A DNA stretch of 16,460 nt from NCBI GenBank assembly GCA_024274785.1, contig JAJSAM010000020.1, forward strand, positions 1-16,460, read 5' to 3'. A program made the position numbers and the translations under genes. The notes below the pieces were generated by a model. It searched no databases. It was given only the letters and a program-made list of their open reading frames with translations, and was not told where the DNA came from. Positions 16,382 through 16,460 of this stretch are shown here, piece by piece. Within the stretch, counting starts at the first letter, position 1, and every line of letters starts with the position of its first letter. Origin of the DNA: Planctomycetota bacterium (lineage in GTDB: Bacteria > Planctomycetota > JAJSAM01).

Positions 16382-16460
16382 CGGGGGAGTATGTGACGGC
16401 GGGAACCTCGCACCTAGCAAGATTCGCCGGGCAGATCTCGCGGCGCCTCGAAGACGGGGG

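Noticed and set aside
1-16460. CRISPR arrays, rRNA/tRNA genes, transposases or integrases, inverted terminal repeats
   Set aside because: No regularly spaced direct repeats were found. No conserved rRNA or tRNA sequence blocks were found. No DDE, serine or tyrosine recombinase motifs appear in any frame. The MazF-family toxin-antitoxin pair is the only accessory-type element seen.

Overview
The window is very GC-rich bacterial DNA, dense with signalling genes. Most of the long ORFs in the six-frame track are antisense shadows of the real genes. I support 13 protein-coding genes, one partial, and no rRNA, tRNA, CRISPR array or transposase.

From left to right the genes are:
- A membrane-anchored Hanks-type Ser/Thr kinase on the minus strand (to about 2199). 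It has a probable TTG start and an ectodomain of tandem Ig-like repeats that runs off the window edge.
- A CopG/RHH antitoxin plus MazF/PemK toxin pair on the plus strand (2509-3074). A near-consensus sigma70 promoter and GTATG repeat operator lie in front of it.
- A tightly packed four-gene minus-strand operon (8997 down to 3240). It encodes a lipoprotein, a bitopic membrane protein with a cytoplasmic coiled coil, a flotillin-like SPFH protein with three Cys4 zinc ribbons and a long coiled coil, and a tandem-FHA protein.
- A soluble histidine kinase (minus strand) divergent from an NtrC-family sigma54 activator (plus strand, 10428-11921).
- A second, paralogous Ser/Thr kinase with a Pro-rich linker and a polytopic membrane tail (11947-13674, minus), downstream of a PLP-dependent threonine/serine dehydratase-like gene (13779-14732, minus).
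- A sulfotransferase-like gene (plus strand).
- An orphan EIIA-Ntr (PtsN) gene (minus strand).

The most interesting observations are these:
1. The four-gene envelope-spanning SPFH/FHA operon sits directly behind an excellent sigma54 -24/-12 element (TGGCCTG-N4-TTGCT at 9032-9047). A cognate activator, histidine kinase and PtsN are in the neighbourhood, and two FHA-relevant Ser/Thr kinases flank it. This looks like a candidate uncharacterised Psp-like envelope signalling or stress (possibly defence) module.
2. The second FHA domain is cut by an in-frame TGA exactly at the conserved Gly of the NGT-VNG motif. The missing FHA beta-strands are encoded in frame immediately downstream.
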